From contig CAVSPA010000004.1 of assembly GCA_963729715.1 (NCBI GenBank), positions 64,001 through 128,000 on the forward strand: a DNA stretch of 64,000 bases. Direction: 5' to 3'. This document shows, piece after piece, positions 8,919 through 17,882 of the stretch (position 1 is its first letter; each line of letters opens with the position of its first letter). Under the pieces are notes generated by a model that saw only the letters and a list, made by a program, of their open reading frames with translations, had not been told where the DNA came from and made no database searches. The stretch is from an uncultured delta proteobacterium. Its GTDB lineage: Bacteria > Desulfobacterota > Syntrophia > Syntrophales > UBA2185. Position numbers and translations under genes: made by a program.

Positions 8919-9914
8919 TTAAAGCGCTTCAATAACATTATAGACAGATATCTCTTCATCTATTCCTTTGAGTTTTACCTGCCTTATCTTTTCTACCTTA
9001 AAGTAATCCTTCACTGCTTCATACGTGTTGTCACAAATGAGGATTTGGTTTTCCTTGGCAATCCTTTCGAGCCTTGCAGCGAGATTTACCGGATTGCCCA
9101 TGGCGGTATATTCTTTTCTGATGGCCGAGCCAAAGATTCCGACCATGGATTCGCCTGTACTGATTCCGAAGCCGACAGGAATCTTCACATTCCCGTTGCT
9201 GACCGCTGCGTTTATTTCGGCTATCTTATTTCGCATCTCGATTGCGCACTGGACGGCTCTCTTGGCATCACTGTTTTGGGTCATCGGGGCGCCGAATATC
9301 CCCATGATGCCGTCACCGATATGTTTGTCGAGGGTGCCGTTGTGTTTAAAGATGATGTTGTCGAGAGGATAAAAATAACTAAGATTCAAAAGGTGCGACA
9401 GTTCCACAGGCGTCAGCGATTCGGATATTTTTGTGAAACCGCGGATATCGGTAAAAAGAATGCTTACTTTCTGGTTTCTGGGCTCGAGGTTTTCCCCGAA
9501 CTTCTGTAATTCTTCGAGAACCTGAGCGGGCACGAATTGCTTCAATCTTTTCTTGACGTGGAATTCCTTCAGCTTCAGTCTTATTTCTTTGTTGTCGAAG
9601 GGTTTCGTTAAGAAACCATCGATGCCGGAGTTCACACTTTCTATAGCGCGATCGAGGGTCGCGTAGCCGGTGAGGATTATCTTGATGATTTCAGGATTAA
9701 TCTTGCTGATTTCCATCAGTGTTTCCAAACCGTCAAGGCCCGGCATCTTGAAATCGCATATCACCGTTTCAATTTCATTAACCTGTTGTCGGACGATATC
9801 AATAGCCTCCGTGCCGTTTTCGGCCAGAAGAATGTCATAGCCGTCCCTATGAAGAAGCTTTTTTAAAGATCTTCGGACGCCCTCTTCATCGTCTACGATT
9901 AGTATCTTTATCAT
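8919..9914 (-). CDS. Response-regulator receiver fused to a class III adenylate cyclase
   Basis: ILIVDDE, CDFKMPG, KPF receiver motifs; LFTDIRGFT, DKHIGDG, YTAMGNPVNLAARLE cyclase motifs. Confidence 0.9.
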   Translation of the reverse strand: MIKILIVDDEEGVRRSLKKLLHRDGYDILLAENGTEAIDIVRQQVNEIETVICDFKMPGLDGLETLMEISKINPEIIKIILTGYATLDRAIESVNSGIDGFLTKPFDNKEIRLKLKEFHVKKRLKQFVPAQVLEELQKFGENLEPRNQKVSILFTDIRGFTKISESLTPVELSHLLNLSYFYPLDNIIFKHNGTLDKHIGDGIMGIFGAPMTQNSDAKRAVQCAIEMRNKIAEINAAVSNGNVKIPVGFGISTGESMVGIFGSAIRKEYTAMGNPVNLAARLERIAKENQILICDNTYEAVKDYFKVEKIRQVKLKGIDEEISVYNVIEAL

Positions 9915-10852
9915 GATGCCCCCTGTTTCACCGGAAGGTCTATGGTAAATGTTGTGCCCCGTCCCGGTTTGCTGCTCACTGAGATCAGCCCCTCATGCTT
10001 CTTGACGATTTCATGGGAAATGTAAAGACCAAGGCCCGACCCGCTGCCAACGACCTTGGTTGTAAAAAATGGCTTGAATATATCCTTAAGGATATCATCC
10101 GGAATTCCCGCACCTGTGTCCCGGCACTCTACGGTAACGGTATTTGTATCTCTCTTATATCTCGTTTTCAGGAATATGGTTCCTTTACCGTCGGGCAGCG
10201 CCTGTATTGCATTCTTGATTATGTTCATAAAAACCTGGCCGAGATTTGCAAAGTTGCCGTTTACTTTCGGCAGATTCTCGTCGAAATCTTTTTCGATGAT
10301 AACCCCGGTGTCTTTATACTGGTTATGTAATACCCGTAAAGCATCCTCTATATTTGCATTAATGTCAACATTCTCTATGTAGACCTGTGTCTGGCGTGAC
10401 AATCCGAGTACGCTCTTTACGATGTTTTCCGCCCGCTTGAGCTCCTTCAACGAGAATTCGAGATCCTTTATAAGTTCGCTATCACCATCGGCCTTAACTT
10501 TTTTTTCGTTTAAGATTTCAATATTTGTTTGGATAAGGCTTGACGTGCTTGCGAGGGGATTGTTGAGCTCATGGGCTATTCCGGCAACAAGCTGTCCAAT
10601 GGCCGCTATGCTTTCCGTCTGTATCAACCGCTCTTGCGTCCGTTCTTTTTCTGCAAGAGCTTCTTTACGGGAATTGATCAATGATTGCGTAAATACTCCG
10701 TATGCAATCACTAAGAGCACAATTAGTGTGCGCGATAATATCTGGTCCGATGTGAGGGAATCGAGGACCCAGTATATCAGCACTATGGCCATGGCGATCA
10801 ATAAAAGACCGTTCTTCTCAATATGCCTGCGTACTGCGCCCTTGTCACTCAT
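9911..10852 (-). CDS. Sensor histidine kinase (two short TM helices, HisKA plus HATPase)
   Basis: AHELNNP H-box, NIIKNA, DTGAGI, PFFTTK, GSGLGL. Confidence 0.92.
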   Translation of the reverse strand: MSDKGAVRRHIEKNGLLLIAMAIVLIYWVLDSLTSDQILSRTLIVLLVIAYGVFTQSLINSRKEALAEKERTQERLIQTESIAAIGQLVAGIAHELNNPLASTSSLIQTNIEILNEKKVKADGDSELIKDLEFSLKELKRAENIVKSVLGLSRQTQVYIENVDINANIEDALRVLHNQYKDTGVIIEKDFDENLPKVNGNFANLGQVFMNIIKNAIQALPDGKGTIFLKTRYKRDTNTVTVECRDTGAGIPDDILKDIFKPFFTTKVVGSGSGLGLYISHEIVKKHEGLISVSSKPGRGTTFTIDLPVKQGAS

Positions 10853-10960
10853 TGTGCATTTGCCCGAAATCTATATATGCTAAGTTGAAAATCACACATC
10901 TTTGTATTTTCTATTTTAAAAGACGTTTATTGTCAATACATTACTAATCGTGCAACGCCA

Positions 10961-12142
10961 TTACTCGTGCCTTTGCCGTCCGGAATATTCCAATATGGAT
11001 ATAGCCACCGTTATGAGAAAAGCCTGGCTGATCAGCAGTACGCCATCGATGGGTCTTGCATTTCTGAGCGCTATAGCGCTGATGCCGAGGGTTGCACAGA
11101 GAAAATAAATGAAGAGCACAGCTTTTCTCTTGTCGCCGAGAAGCGTGTACAATCTGTGATGCAGGTGGTCTTTGCCCACGTACTCTATCCAGTCTTTGAA
11201 ACTTTTCACTTTGCCGGTGAGAATTCTCTCGACGGTTATATAGGTCATGTCGAATATGAGGATCCAGAAGATCAGGACGGGCGCTGCAAAGGAGACGATG
11301 GGGTTATGAAGAGACCAGTTGCCTTTAACCGCCAAGGCAGCCAAGGTAAAACCTAAAAAGATGCTGCCCGTATCACCGAGAAAAATGGAAGCGGGCCTCT
11401 TGAAGTGGAAATTGTAGGGCAGGAAGCCGAGGCAGCTTCCTACCATGGCAACCGCGATCCATCCCATAAACGGCTGATTTGTCTGGAATGCAACGATACC
11501 CATAAAGAAGGCCATGATCGCGCTGATTCCCGCTGCGAGGCCATCCATGCCGTCGAAAAAATTTAGAGAATTCGTAATTCCCACGATCCAGAAAACTGTG
11601 AGCACAAAATTAAGTGCATATCCCCAGGACGTGTTTGCCGGAAATAGATGCAGAATAATGCCATGATAAATCAGTATAAATACCGCTATAATCTGGACCA
11701 GAAGCTTTAGTCTGGCGGATAGTCCCTTCCAATCGTCGATCAAGCTCACCACAGCAACAAAAACTGCGCAGGCAAGCAAGGCTATAGATGGCCTGTCAAG
11801 GATCATGTTTGCGCTGAGGGCTGCTATGAACGCAATGATAATCGCCACGCCCCCGAGAAGAGGGGTGCTGCTCTCGTGGACTTTCCTCTCTTCCGGCTGG
11901 TCGACAATATTCAGTTTCAGCGCAATCGTTCTCATGAAGGGCGTCAGACTTGCAGAAAAGGAGACAGCAAAAAGGAGGACGTAGAACCATCTGCCGAGGT
12001 ACTCGAAAAAGCGATCGCGTATGATCGGCAGGAAGAGGAGTAAAAAGATAATAATCGAGCAAAGCCAAAAGATTCGTAAAGGGGATACCTTTTTCGCATC
12101 GGAATTAAATATGGCAAAACGTGATTTCTGCATGATGTGCAA
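10961..12142 (-). CDS. MraY/WecA-family undecaprenyl-phosphate GlcNAc-1-phosphate transferase
   Basis: RKVH..TPLLGG, IDD, NSLNFFDGMDGLA, FLGDTGS, DHLHH motifs. Confidence 0.9.
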   Translation of the reverse strand: MHIMQKSRFAIFNSDAKKVSPLRIFWLCSIIIFLLLFLPIIRDRFFEYLGRWFYVLLFAVSFSASLTPFMRTIALKLNIVDQPEERKVHESSTPLLGGVAIIIAFIAALSANMILDRPSIALLACAVFVAVVSLIDDWKGLSARLKLLVQIIAVFILIYHGIILHLFPANTSWGYALNFVLTVFWIVGITNSLNFFDGMDGLAAGISAIMAFFMGIVAFQTNQPFMGWIAVAMVGSCLGFLPYNFHFKRPASIFLGDTGSIFLGFTLAALAVKGNWSLHNPIVSFAAPVLIFWILIFDMTYITVERILTGKVKSFKDWIEYVGKDHLHHRLYTLLGDKRKAVLFIYFLCATLGISAIALRNARPIDGVLLISQAFLITVAISILEYSGRQRHE

Positions 12143-12174
12143 TACCCAAAATATTTTAAATGCGCAGCCTCTTC

Positions 12175-13212
12175 TTAGGTTAAGGCCAATCTTACAGCGT
12201 TTGTAATTATCCCCACTTCGTCATCGTTAAGAGAGGGATAGATAGGAATGGAGACCGCCCGTTCCCATACCAGATCCGTCGTCGCGTATCCCGATAATCC
12301 CAGGTATCTGTGCAGCGGTTTGAAAACGGGTCGCGTGCAAACCACACCTCTTTTCATCATCGCGTCCATAAAAAGCTCCGCATTTTCGAGAAAGACTACA
12401 TATCTGTAGTAGATATGCTCCCTGTCTTTTGGAACAAATGGCGCGGCTATACTTAAGTCAGCAAATACTCTGCCATATTTATCGGCAATTTCTTTTCTTT
12501 TTTGAATGAATAGGGAAAGTTTTTTTAGTTGAGCTATGCCCAGCGCCGCCTGGATATCCGTCATTTTGTAATTATATCTGACGGCGGAGCTTTCCCTGTT
12601 ATCATAATCCCGGAGATCCTTGATGCTCTCGAGCAAACTCGCATTGTTTGAAAGAACCATCCCGCCCTCGCCGGTGGCGATAACTTTCGTGGCGTAAAAG
12701 GAAAAAATTGAAAGCGTGCCGAAACTGCCGGTGTAATTATCCTTATATTTGCTGCCCAAGGAATGTGCACAGTCCTCAATAACAGGAATGTCGAGAGATT
12801 TGACGTCTTCTATGTCTGCCGGCAGGCCGAAGATGTGGGGAACTATGATGGCCTTTGTTTTTTTTGTAATACGCCTTTTCAGATCGTTGACGTCGATATT
12901 GAAAGTAAGCCGGTCAATCTCCGCAATCACGGGGGAAGCGCCCACATAGTGTATCGCATTGAGGGGGGCCGTGCAAACGAAGCCGGGCAGGACGACCTCA
13001 TCGCCCTTACTCACGCCAAGGCTGATCAGGGAAAGGTGAAGGGCGGCAGTGCCGGAACTGACGGCGACGCCTCCTTTGACGCCGTTCAGAGAGGAAGCGT
13101 TTTCTTCAAACCTGGCAGTCTGTTCACCCTGAACAATGTGTCCGGATTTAATGACCTGAAGAACGCCGTCGAAATCACTCTGGTCAAGTGTGGGTCTGGA
13201 ATGAGGAATCAT
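12175..13212 (-). CDS. DegT/DnrJ/EryC1/StrS sugar aminotransferase
   Basis: SSGTAALH, IEDCAH, FSFYATK..TGEGG PLP motif. Confidence 0.92.
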   Translation of the reverse strand: MIPHSRPTLDQSDFDGVLQVIKSGHIVQGEQTARFEENASSLNGVKGGVAVSSGTAALHLSLISLGVSKGDEVVLPGFVCTAPLNAIHYVGASPVIAEIDRLTFNIDVNDLKRRITKKTKAIIVPHIFGLPADIEDVKSLDIPVIEDCAHSLGSKYKDNYTGSFGTLSIFSFYATKVIATGEGGMVLSNNASLLESIKDLRDYDNRESSAVRYNYKMTDIQAALGIAQLKKLSLFIQKRKEIADKYGRVFADLSIAAPFVPKDREHIYYRYVVFLENAELFMDAMMKRGVVCTRPVFKPLHRYLGLSGYATTDLVWERAVSIPIYPSLNDDEVGIITNAVRLALT

Positions 13213-13826
13213 ATATTTATAAACAGTCTCAGCGGTATGAATCCCTCCGCGTATTGTACGCGTCCCTGGATGCCCCTGAACATGGCCGTGGATCTTGCCG
13301 CATCCACAATAGACAGGCCTTCAATGTTCGTCTTCATCACCTGGGATTTGTGAGCCAGAAGCATGGCAACTTTTTGTTCTATGGTTTCCTTGATATCTAC
13401 GAAGACAGTGGGAGAAAAGTCAAGTGTGGTTGGCGTTTCATAGAAGATGACATTCTTTATATAGCGTGTAGCCGAGACCGTTGCCCTGCTGAGAGCTCTG
13501 TGGTCCTGATGCGTATCGTCGCCAAAATTGGTGAAGGTGAAATCCGGTTGTATTTTATTCAAGACAGTTTCAATGTCATGAATCAGTTCATTCATATTGG
13601 GGGAAAGCTCCGTATCTTTGTATCCCGCCCACATAACTTCCTTTGGCTTCAGGACTTCCGCTGCCTTATATTGCTCCTCTTTTCTCAGTTTGGCATCGCC
13701 GCCCTTGTGGCCTTCCGTAATAATCAGAAGAAAGATTTCGTGACCATCCTTTGAGTACTTCATGAGCGTACCGGCACAGCCAACTTCGATATCATCGGGA
13801 TGAGCCCCTATTGCGAGTACCTTCAT
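13209..13826 (-). CDS. PIG-L family N-deacetylase
   Basis: AHPDDIE, HQDH, HKSQ motifs. Confidence 0.9.
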   Translation of the reverse strand: MKVLAIGAHPDDIEVGCAGTLMKYSKDGHEIFLLIITEGHKGGDAKLRKEEQYKAAEVLKPKEVMWAGYKDTELSPNMNELIHDIETVLNKIQPDFTFTNFGDDTHQDHRALSRATVSATRYIKNVIFYETPTTLDFSPTVFVDIKETIEQKVAMLLAHKSQVMKTNIEGLSIVDAARSTAMFRGIQGRVQYAEGFIPLRLFINI

Positions 13827-14506
13827 CAGTTCCCCCTCAGTATTCTGAGACTTTCGCCTCCGTTATTAAAGATGAGATCAACTACCGACATATACGGCAA
13901 GAAGTCGTCAAAAAGCTGACTGTAGACAGGGTGTTTGTAATCCTGAACTATAACTTTTATGGAATTTCTGCCATACTTATCGATATCCATATAATTCCGG
14001 CCGCCGCTTCCGGATAAGTAAGTGTCAGCGCCGAAATGTTTTGTAATAGCGATCAGCCTTTCATCCGGGTCTTCCGGGAAATTTCCTATTTCCGAAGCGA
14101 TATGTAGGGGAGTCTCGATGCCGAGGATCTTCACGAGTGTCTTTACGACATGAATATTCAGTTGAGATATCGTCTGCCATTGTGATTGGAACAATTCCGT
14201 GAAGAAAGGTTCCAAAACGTTCCAGTAAGGCGCTTTTTTATAATTAGAGATAAGGGCCTGCTGCTGTTTGCGCTGCCACCGCTCTTTATTATTGATTTCC
14301 ACCTCGTTGATCAACTGCGGGAACCTATACAAGACGGGGACTGTGAGCCACTGCCCACCGGCCGCGGTCTTTATCTTATTTCTGTTCTGGACTTCATTTT
14401 TCTTATACTGCACGTTGTCGAGGAGAACAAATACGTCCGCTTTGTCGATTTTGTCGAAGTAGCCAAGCCACGGCAGATACTGTGGTTGATGGACGGATAC
14501 AATCAT
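13826..14506 (-). CDS. WbqC-family protein
   Basis: HQPQYLPWLGYF..I...D.FV.LD.VQY....QNRN signature. Confidence 0.9.
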   Translation of the reverse strand: MIVSVHQPQYLPWLGYFDKIDKADVFVLLDNVQYKKNEVQNRNKIKTAAGGQWLTVPVLYRFPQLINEVEINNKERWQRKQQQALISNYKKAPYWNVLEPFFTELFQSQWQTISQLNIHVVKTLVKILGIETPLHIASEIGNFPEDPDERLIAITKHFGADTYLSGSGGRNYMDIDKYGRNSIKVIVQDYKHPVYSQLFDDFLPYMSVVDLIFNNGGESLRILRGN

Positions 14507-14538
14507 CGTTTATAGTCCTCTGTCATTACCGCACCCTT

Positions 14539-14643
14539 GTCATTCCCTCACAGGCGGGAATCCGATCACCTTCAATTTCAAGAAACGTAGTGCAGGACTT
14601 TAGTCTTGCCGAAACGGCGTACCTAAAGGTACGCCACTACGTT
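14539..14643. repeat. dRS3-like unit plus GTAG-type REP doublet
   Basis: ATTCCC-N8-GGGAAT at 14542-14561; AACGTAGTG...CACTACGTT (14584-14643) enclosing hairpins GCAGGACTTTAGTCTTGC and GGCGTACCTAAAGGTACGCC. Confidence 0.65.
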
Positions 14644-14657
14644 GCTGAAGAAAAGCC

Positions 14658-16106
14658 TCATTCAAACTTCACGAACACAGGGTTGGAAACGATTGTTCCG
14701 TTGCCGTGTAAATCCATCCTGTAATAAATCCTTTCACCCGGCTTATAGTATGGGTCAATATAATCGATCATCAGCGGTAGTTTCTCTTCGAAAAGATAAA
14801 TCGTCTCCCCGGACCGTATCAAGCGTATCTTTACCTTATCCTGTGAAGGAACGGAAGTCGAAACAGATATCCTGACACGCGGATATTCTTTCAGCATGAT
14901 CTCTTCCCCGGAAATGCCCTTTATGCGGTCATCCGCTGATGAAACGGAAAAGTCTTCCATCTTCAAGGCCTGCGGATAGTTGACCTGGCAGGCGTAAATC
15001 TTGCCGGTCTTGAGCGCCTTCAAGACGGCATCCCTCGTTCTGTGTTCTACGAGGAAAACGGTCTGGTATGTCCCCAACTGATCGCCGCCTTCTCCCTCCT
15101 GATGAAAATCTCCCGTTGCAATTCCCCAGGGCGGCCGGTCCCTGTAGCCCCTGCAATATTCTTTTAGGGTGGTATCCCAGATATTTCCGGGTTCCGTCAA
15201 GCTGATATTGTCACCGTAAACGGCGGCAAATCCCGTATAACCTGTCGACTCAGCGAGAGCATCGGGATAGGGTAGGGTGCTTACATGGATCGGTCCCATT
15301 TCTCTCACGCCGGAATTTGTTTCGGGGTAATTCCAGAAGGTCATTCCGCCTCTCGCATTAACGTAATCGATCAAGAGCTGATAAGGCGCCATCTTTTGAT
15401 CACCATGGTAAGGGTCAAATGGAGAGCTCCTGAGAGGGTCGCTGTTTATGATAAAGGCTATGGACAGAAGCGAAAGAATAACGCCTGTGACGCGCAGAAG
15501 CCCTCTCCAGCGCAGCAGAATAAGAGACGCGATGAGTGAAAGAGAAAACAGGACAACTGCCGGCAGGGCACTCGCAATATAATTCATGGAAAGATTGTTA
15601 TGAAGGATGGGCAGGTCTTCATAGTCGTCCGGATTCTCCATCCCGACGGTTAAGATACGCTTCTCATGGTCATGCGCTGTAAGCTTCCCGTTGAAGGGGC
15701 TTCCCGTCCAGTAATAGAAGGCTGCTGTCTCGGAGCCCGGGACAATGATCATATCAGGATACCTCTGCCGTATATCCTGTATCGCCTGAATGAACTTATC
15801 CGCGCCGCCGCTGTTGATGGAGTTCAGCTCGACTCTTTTTCTGATAAGGTTCCGGAAAGGGAGCAAGCCATACTCCATCGCGAGCCTGTCATGGTCATTG
15901 ATGAAAAGGACACTAAAGCCTTTTTTCTTCGCGAGGAGCACAAGCTGATCCAGATCATTGGCCCCGTCACTGAAGGTGGTCCGGAGATCCATCAAGCCAG
16001 CTACCTGCTGGTATTCTGCAGCATAAGAAACGCTGGTACCCACTGTAAGAAAGATGGCGGCGAGAAGTACACAGGAAAACAAGAATCTGTTTCGTCTAGT
16101 ATTCAA
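14658..16106 (-). CDS. Exported/membrane PHP-domain-like protein
   Basis: Signal-like N-terminus (probable TTG start at 16106; ORF extends to 16187), DLRTTFSDG, INDHD, ATGDFH PHP-like motifs, internal TM pair. Confidence 0.6.
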   Translation of the reverse strand: MNTRRNRFLFSCVLLAAIFLTVGTSVSYAAEYQQVAGLMDLRTTFSDGANDLDQLVLLAKKKGFSVLFINDHDRLAMEYGLLPFRNLIRKRVELNSINSGGADKFIQAIQDIRQRYPDMIIVPGSETAAFYYWTGSPFNGKLTAHDHEKRILTVGMENPDDYEDLPILHNNLSMNYIASALPAVVLFSLSLIASLILLRWRGLLRVTGVILSLLSIAFIINSDPLRSSPFDPYHGDQKMAPYQLLIDYVNARGGMTFWNYPETNSGVREMGPIHVSTLPYPDALAESTGYTGFAAVYGDNISLTEPGNIWDTTLKEYCRGYRDRPPWGIATGDFHQEGEGGDQLGTYQTVFLVEHRTRDAVLKALKTGKIYACQVNYPQALKMEDFSVSSADDRIKGISGEEIMLKEYPRVRISVSTSVPSQDKVKIRLIRSGETIYLFEEKLPLMIDYIDPYYKPGERIYYRMDLHGNGTIVSNPVFVKFE

Positions 16107-16113
16107 GAGACCA

Positions 16114-17295
16114 TTAACCCCCAACGAGTTCCCTGTATAACCGGTCGATCTTCTGCACCATGGAGTCTGCACCGTATTCGACGGCAATGGCCCTACCTTT
16201 CTCTCCCATCGCTTTTCTTTTCATGGGGTGGCTGTGCAGAATTGATATGCTCCTCGCAATGGCTTCCGCGTCCTCAGGAGGGACAAGCAGGCCATTTTCC
16301 TCATTCTTAACGAGGTCGGGAATCCCGCCGACATTACTCGCTATGATCGGTTTGCCCATGGCCATCGCCTCGACGAGAACCTTTCCCATGCCTTCGTTGA
16401 GGGAAGGGAGGACGAACAGATCGAAAGTAGACATCACCTCCGCAACGTCCTCGCGCCATCCTAAAAATTTAACTTTGTCATATATACCCAAGGTTGCGGC
16501 CTGCGCCTTCAGGTCGTTCATGAGCTCGCCATCGCCCAGAAATATAAATGTCATGTCCGGTCTTGTCAAAAGAATCTTTCGTGCCGCCTCAATCAAATAT
16601 TTGTGTCCCTTGATATGGGTTAGTCTCCCCACCGTTCCCACGACGAATGTTCCCTTAGGTATTCCGAGCCTTTTCTTCGCATCGTCGGGAGCTATGCGGA
16701 CATCTGCAAATCTGGAGAGATCGACGCCGCTATGAATGACTGTAAACTTGTTTTCATGGGCGATATGGCACCGGAGATGATCCTTCTTCTCCTGACTGGT
16801 CAGCGTAATGATTCTGTCCGTAATGGTTGCCGTCAGTCTCTCAAAAAAAATGTATGTTCTCGTTTTCCATTTATCGAAATAGCCCCAGAAGACATGTCCA
16901 TGGGGCGTATGTATGATGACATGAACCCCGGCCAGGCGTGCAGCCCATCTGCCGAGGATGCCTGCCTTCGACGTATGTGTGTGGATGATGTGCGGCTTTT
17001 CTTCTGAGAAAATTGTTATCAGTTTATAAAAGGACTTCAGATCGCCGAGAGGGTATATTCTTCTTACGAGTTCGGGCATGGTTAATATTCTAACCCCGCT
17101 TTTGCGTGCGACTTCTATGCAGCTTTCCACGGCCCTTGTTTCAGCAGGTCCCATATTGGATTCGTAAGAAAGACCCCTGATTAGAATAACCTCATATCCG
17201 ACCGACTGAAGACCTTTAACAGTGAGAAAGGTATTTTCCGCAGCGCCGCCTTTATCGAAGCGGGTGATTATGTGGATAACTTTAATTTTCGACAT
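16114..17295 (-). CDS. Glycosyltransferase family 4
   Basis: IHTHTSKAG; PSLNEGMGKVLVEAMA (EX7E). Confidence 0.92.
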   Translation of the reverse strand: MSKIKVIHIITRFDKGGAAENTFLTVKGLQSVGYEVILIRGLSYESNMGPAETRAVESCIEVARKSGVRILTMPELVRRIYPLGDLKSFYKLITIFSEEKPHIIHTHTSKAGILGRWAARLAGVHVIIHTPHGHVFWGYFDKWKTRTYIFFERLTATITDRIITLTSQEKKDHLRCHIAHENKFTVIHSGVDLSRFADVRIAPDDAKKRLGIPKGTFVVGTVGRLTHIKGHKYLIEAARKILLTRPDMTFIFLGDGELMNDLKAQAATLGIYDKVKFLGWREDVAEVMSTFDLFVLPSLNEGMGKVLVEAMAMGKPIIASNVGGIPDLVKNEENGLLVPPEDAEAIARSISILHSHPMKRKAMGEKGRAIAVEYGADSMVQKIDRLYRELVGG

Positions 17296-17311
17296 TGTCG
17301 TTTTGTTATGA

Positions 17312-17470
17312 CTAAAAGAGCGCGTAGATGAAGGGAGCTATTGCGCTACTTTCGGTAAAGACGATAAGTGCGCTCATAAGAAGCAACACAATGATTATCG
17401 GCAATAACCAGTATTTCTTTCTGTGTTTCAGGAATTCCCAGAACTCGACGATCAGATATTGTTTTGCCAT
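17312..17470 (-). CDS. Small membrane protein, DUF5989/SxtK-like (52 aa, absent from the ORF track)
   Basis: Hand translation MAKQYLIVEFWEFLKHRKKYWLLPIIIVLLLMSALIVFTESSAIAPFIYALF; GGAG RBS; follows the SxtJ-like gene. Confidence 0.85.
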   Translation of the reverse strand: MAKQYLIVEFWEFLKHRKKYWLLPIIIVLLLMSALIVFTESSAIAPFIYALF

Positions 17471-17480
17471 ATTCCGCTCC

Positions 17481-17882
17481 TTAAAATTGTTTCAAGAATC
17501 GATCTTTTGGTTGTGACGGCTCTGTCCGTGCTACCCAATAGGATGACGCTTTTTTATCCGGCAGAAGAGGGAGTGGCTTGCCGCCAAAAATTCTTTTTAA
17601 CAGCGCAGCGGGCGTTATGACAGCGTAATAGGTGAGAATAAGAACTGCCATGGTAATGAGTTCCCCCATGAAATGCGCCGCCTTCATCCAAATACGATGG
17701 ATAGGCTTGAATCGGAAGGGGTCCAGGATAAAGCCTATGCCCATCATGGAAAGAAGACAGAAGAATGAACCGAGAATATACTTCTGGTTCCAGAATCCCA
17801 GAGCGGCTAAGGCGCCGAAGAAGACGAAGGCAATAGCCCCGAATTTTCGTATTTCTTTTAGTTCAGTCGAGGATGAGGTCAT
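17481..17882 (-). CDS. SxtJ-family membrane protein
   Basis: EIRKFG...PIHRIWM....G......L..YY.VITP...GKPL....D....SYW; probable start MTSSSTEL at 17882. Confidence 0.8.
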   Translation of the reverse strand: MTSSSTELKEIRKFGAIAFVFFGALAALGFWNQKYILGSFFCLLSMMGIGFILDPFRFKPIHRIWMKAAHFMGELITMAVLILTYYAVITPAALLKRIFGGKPLPLLPDKKASSYWVARTEPSQPKDRFLKQF

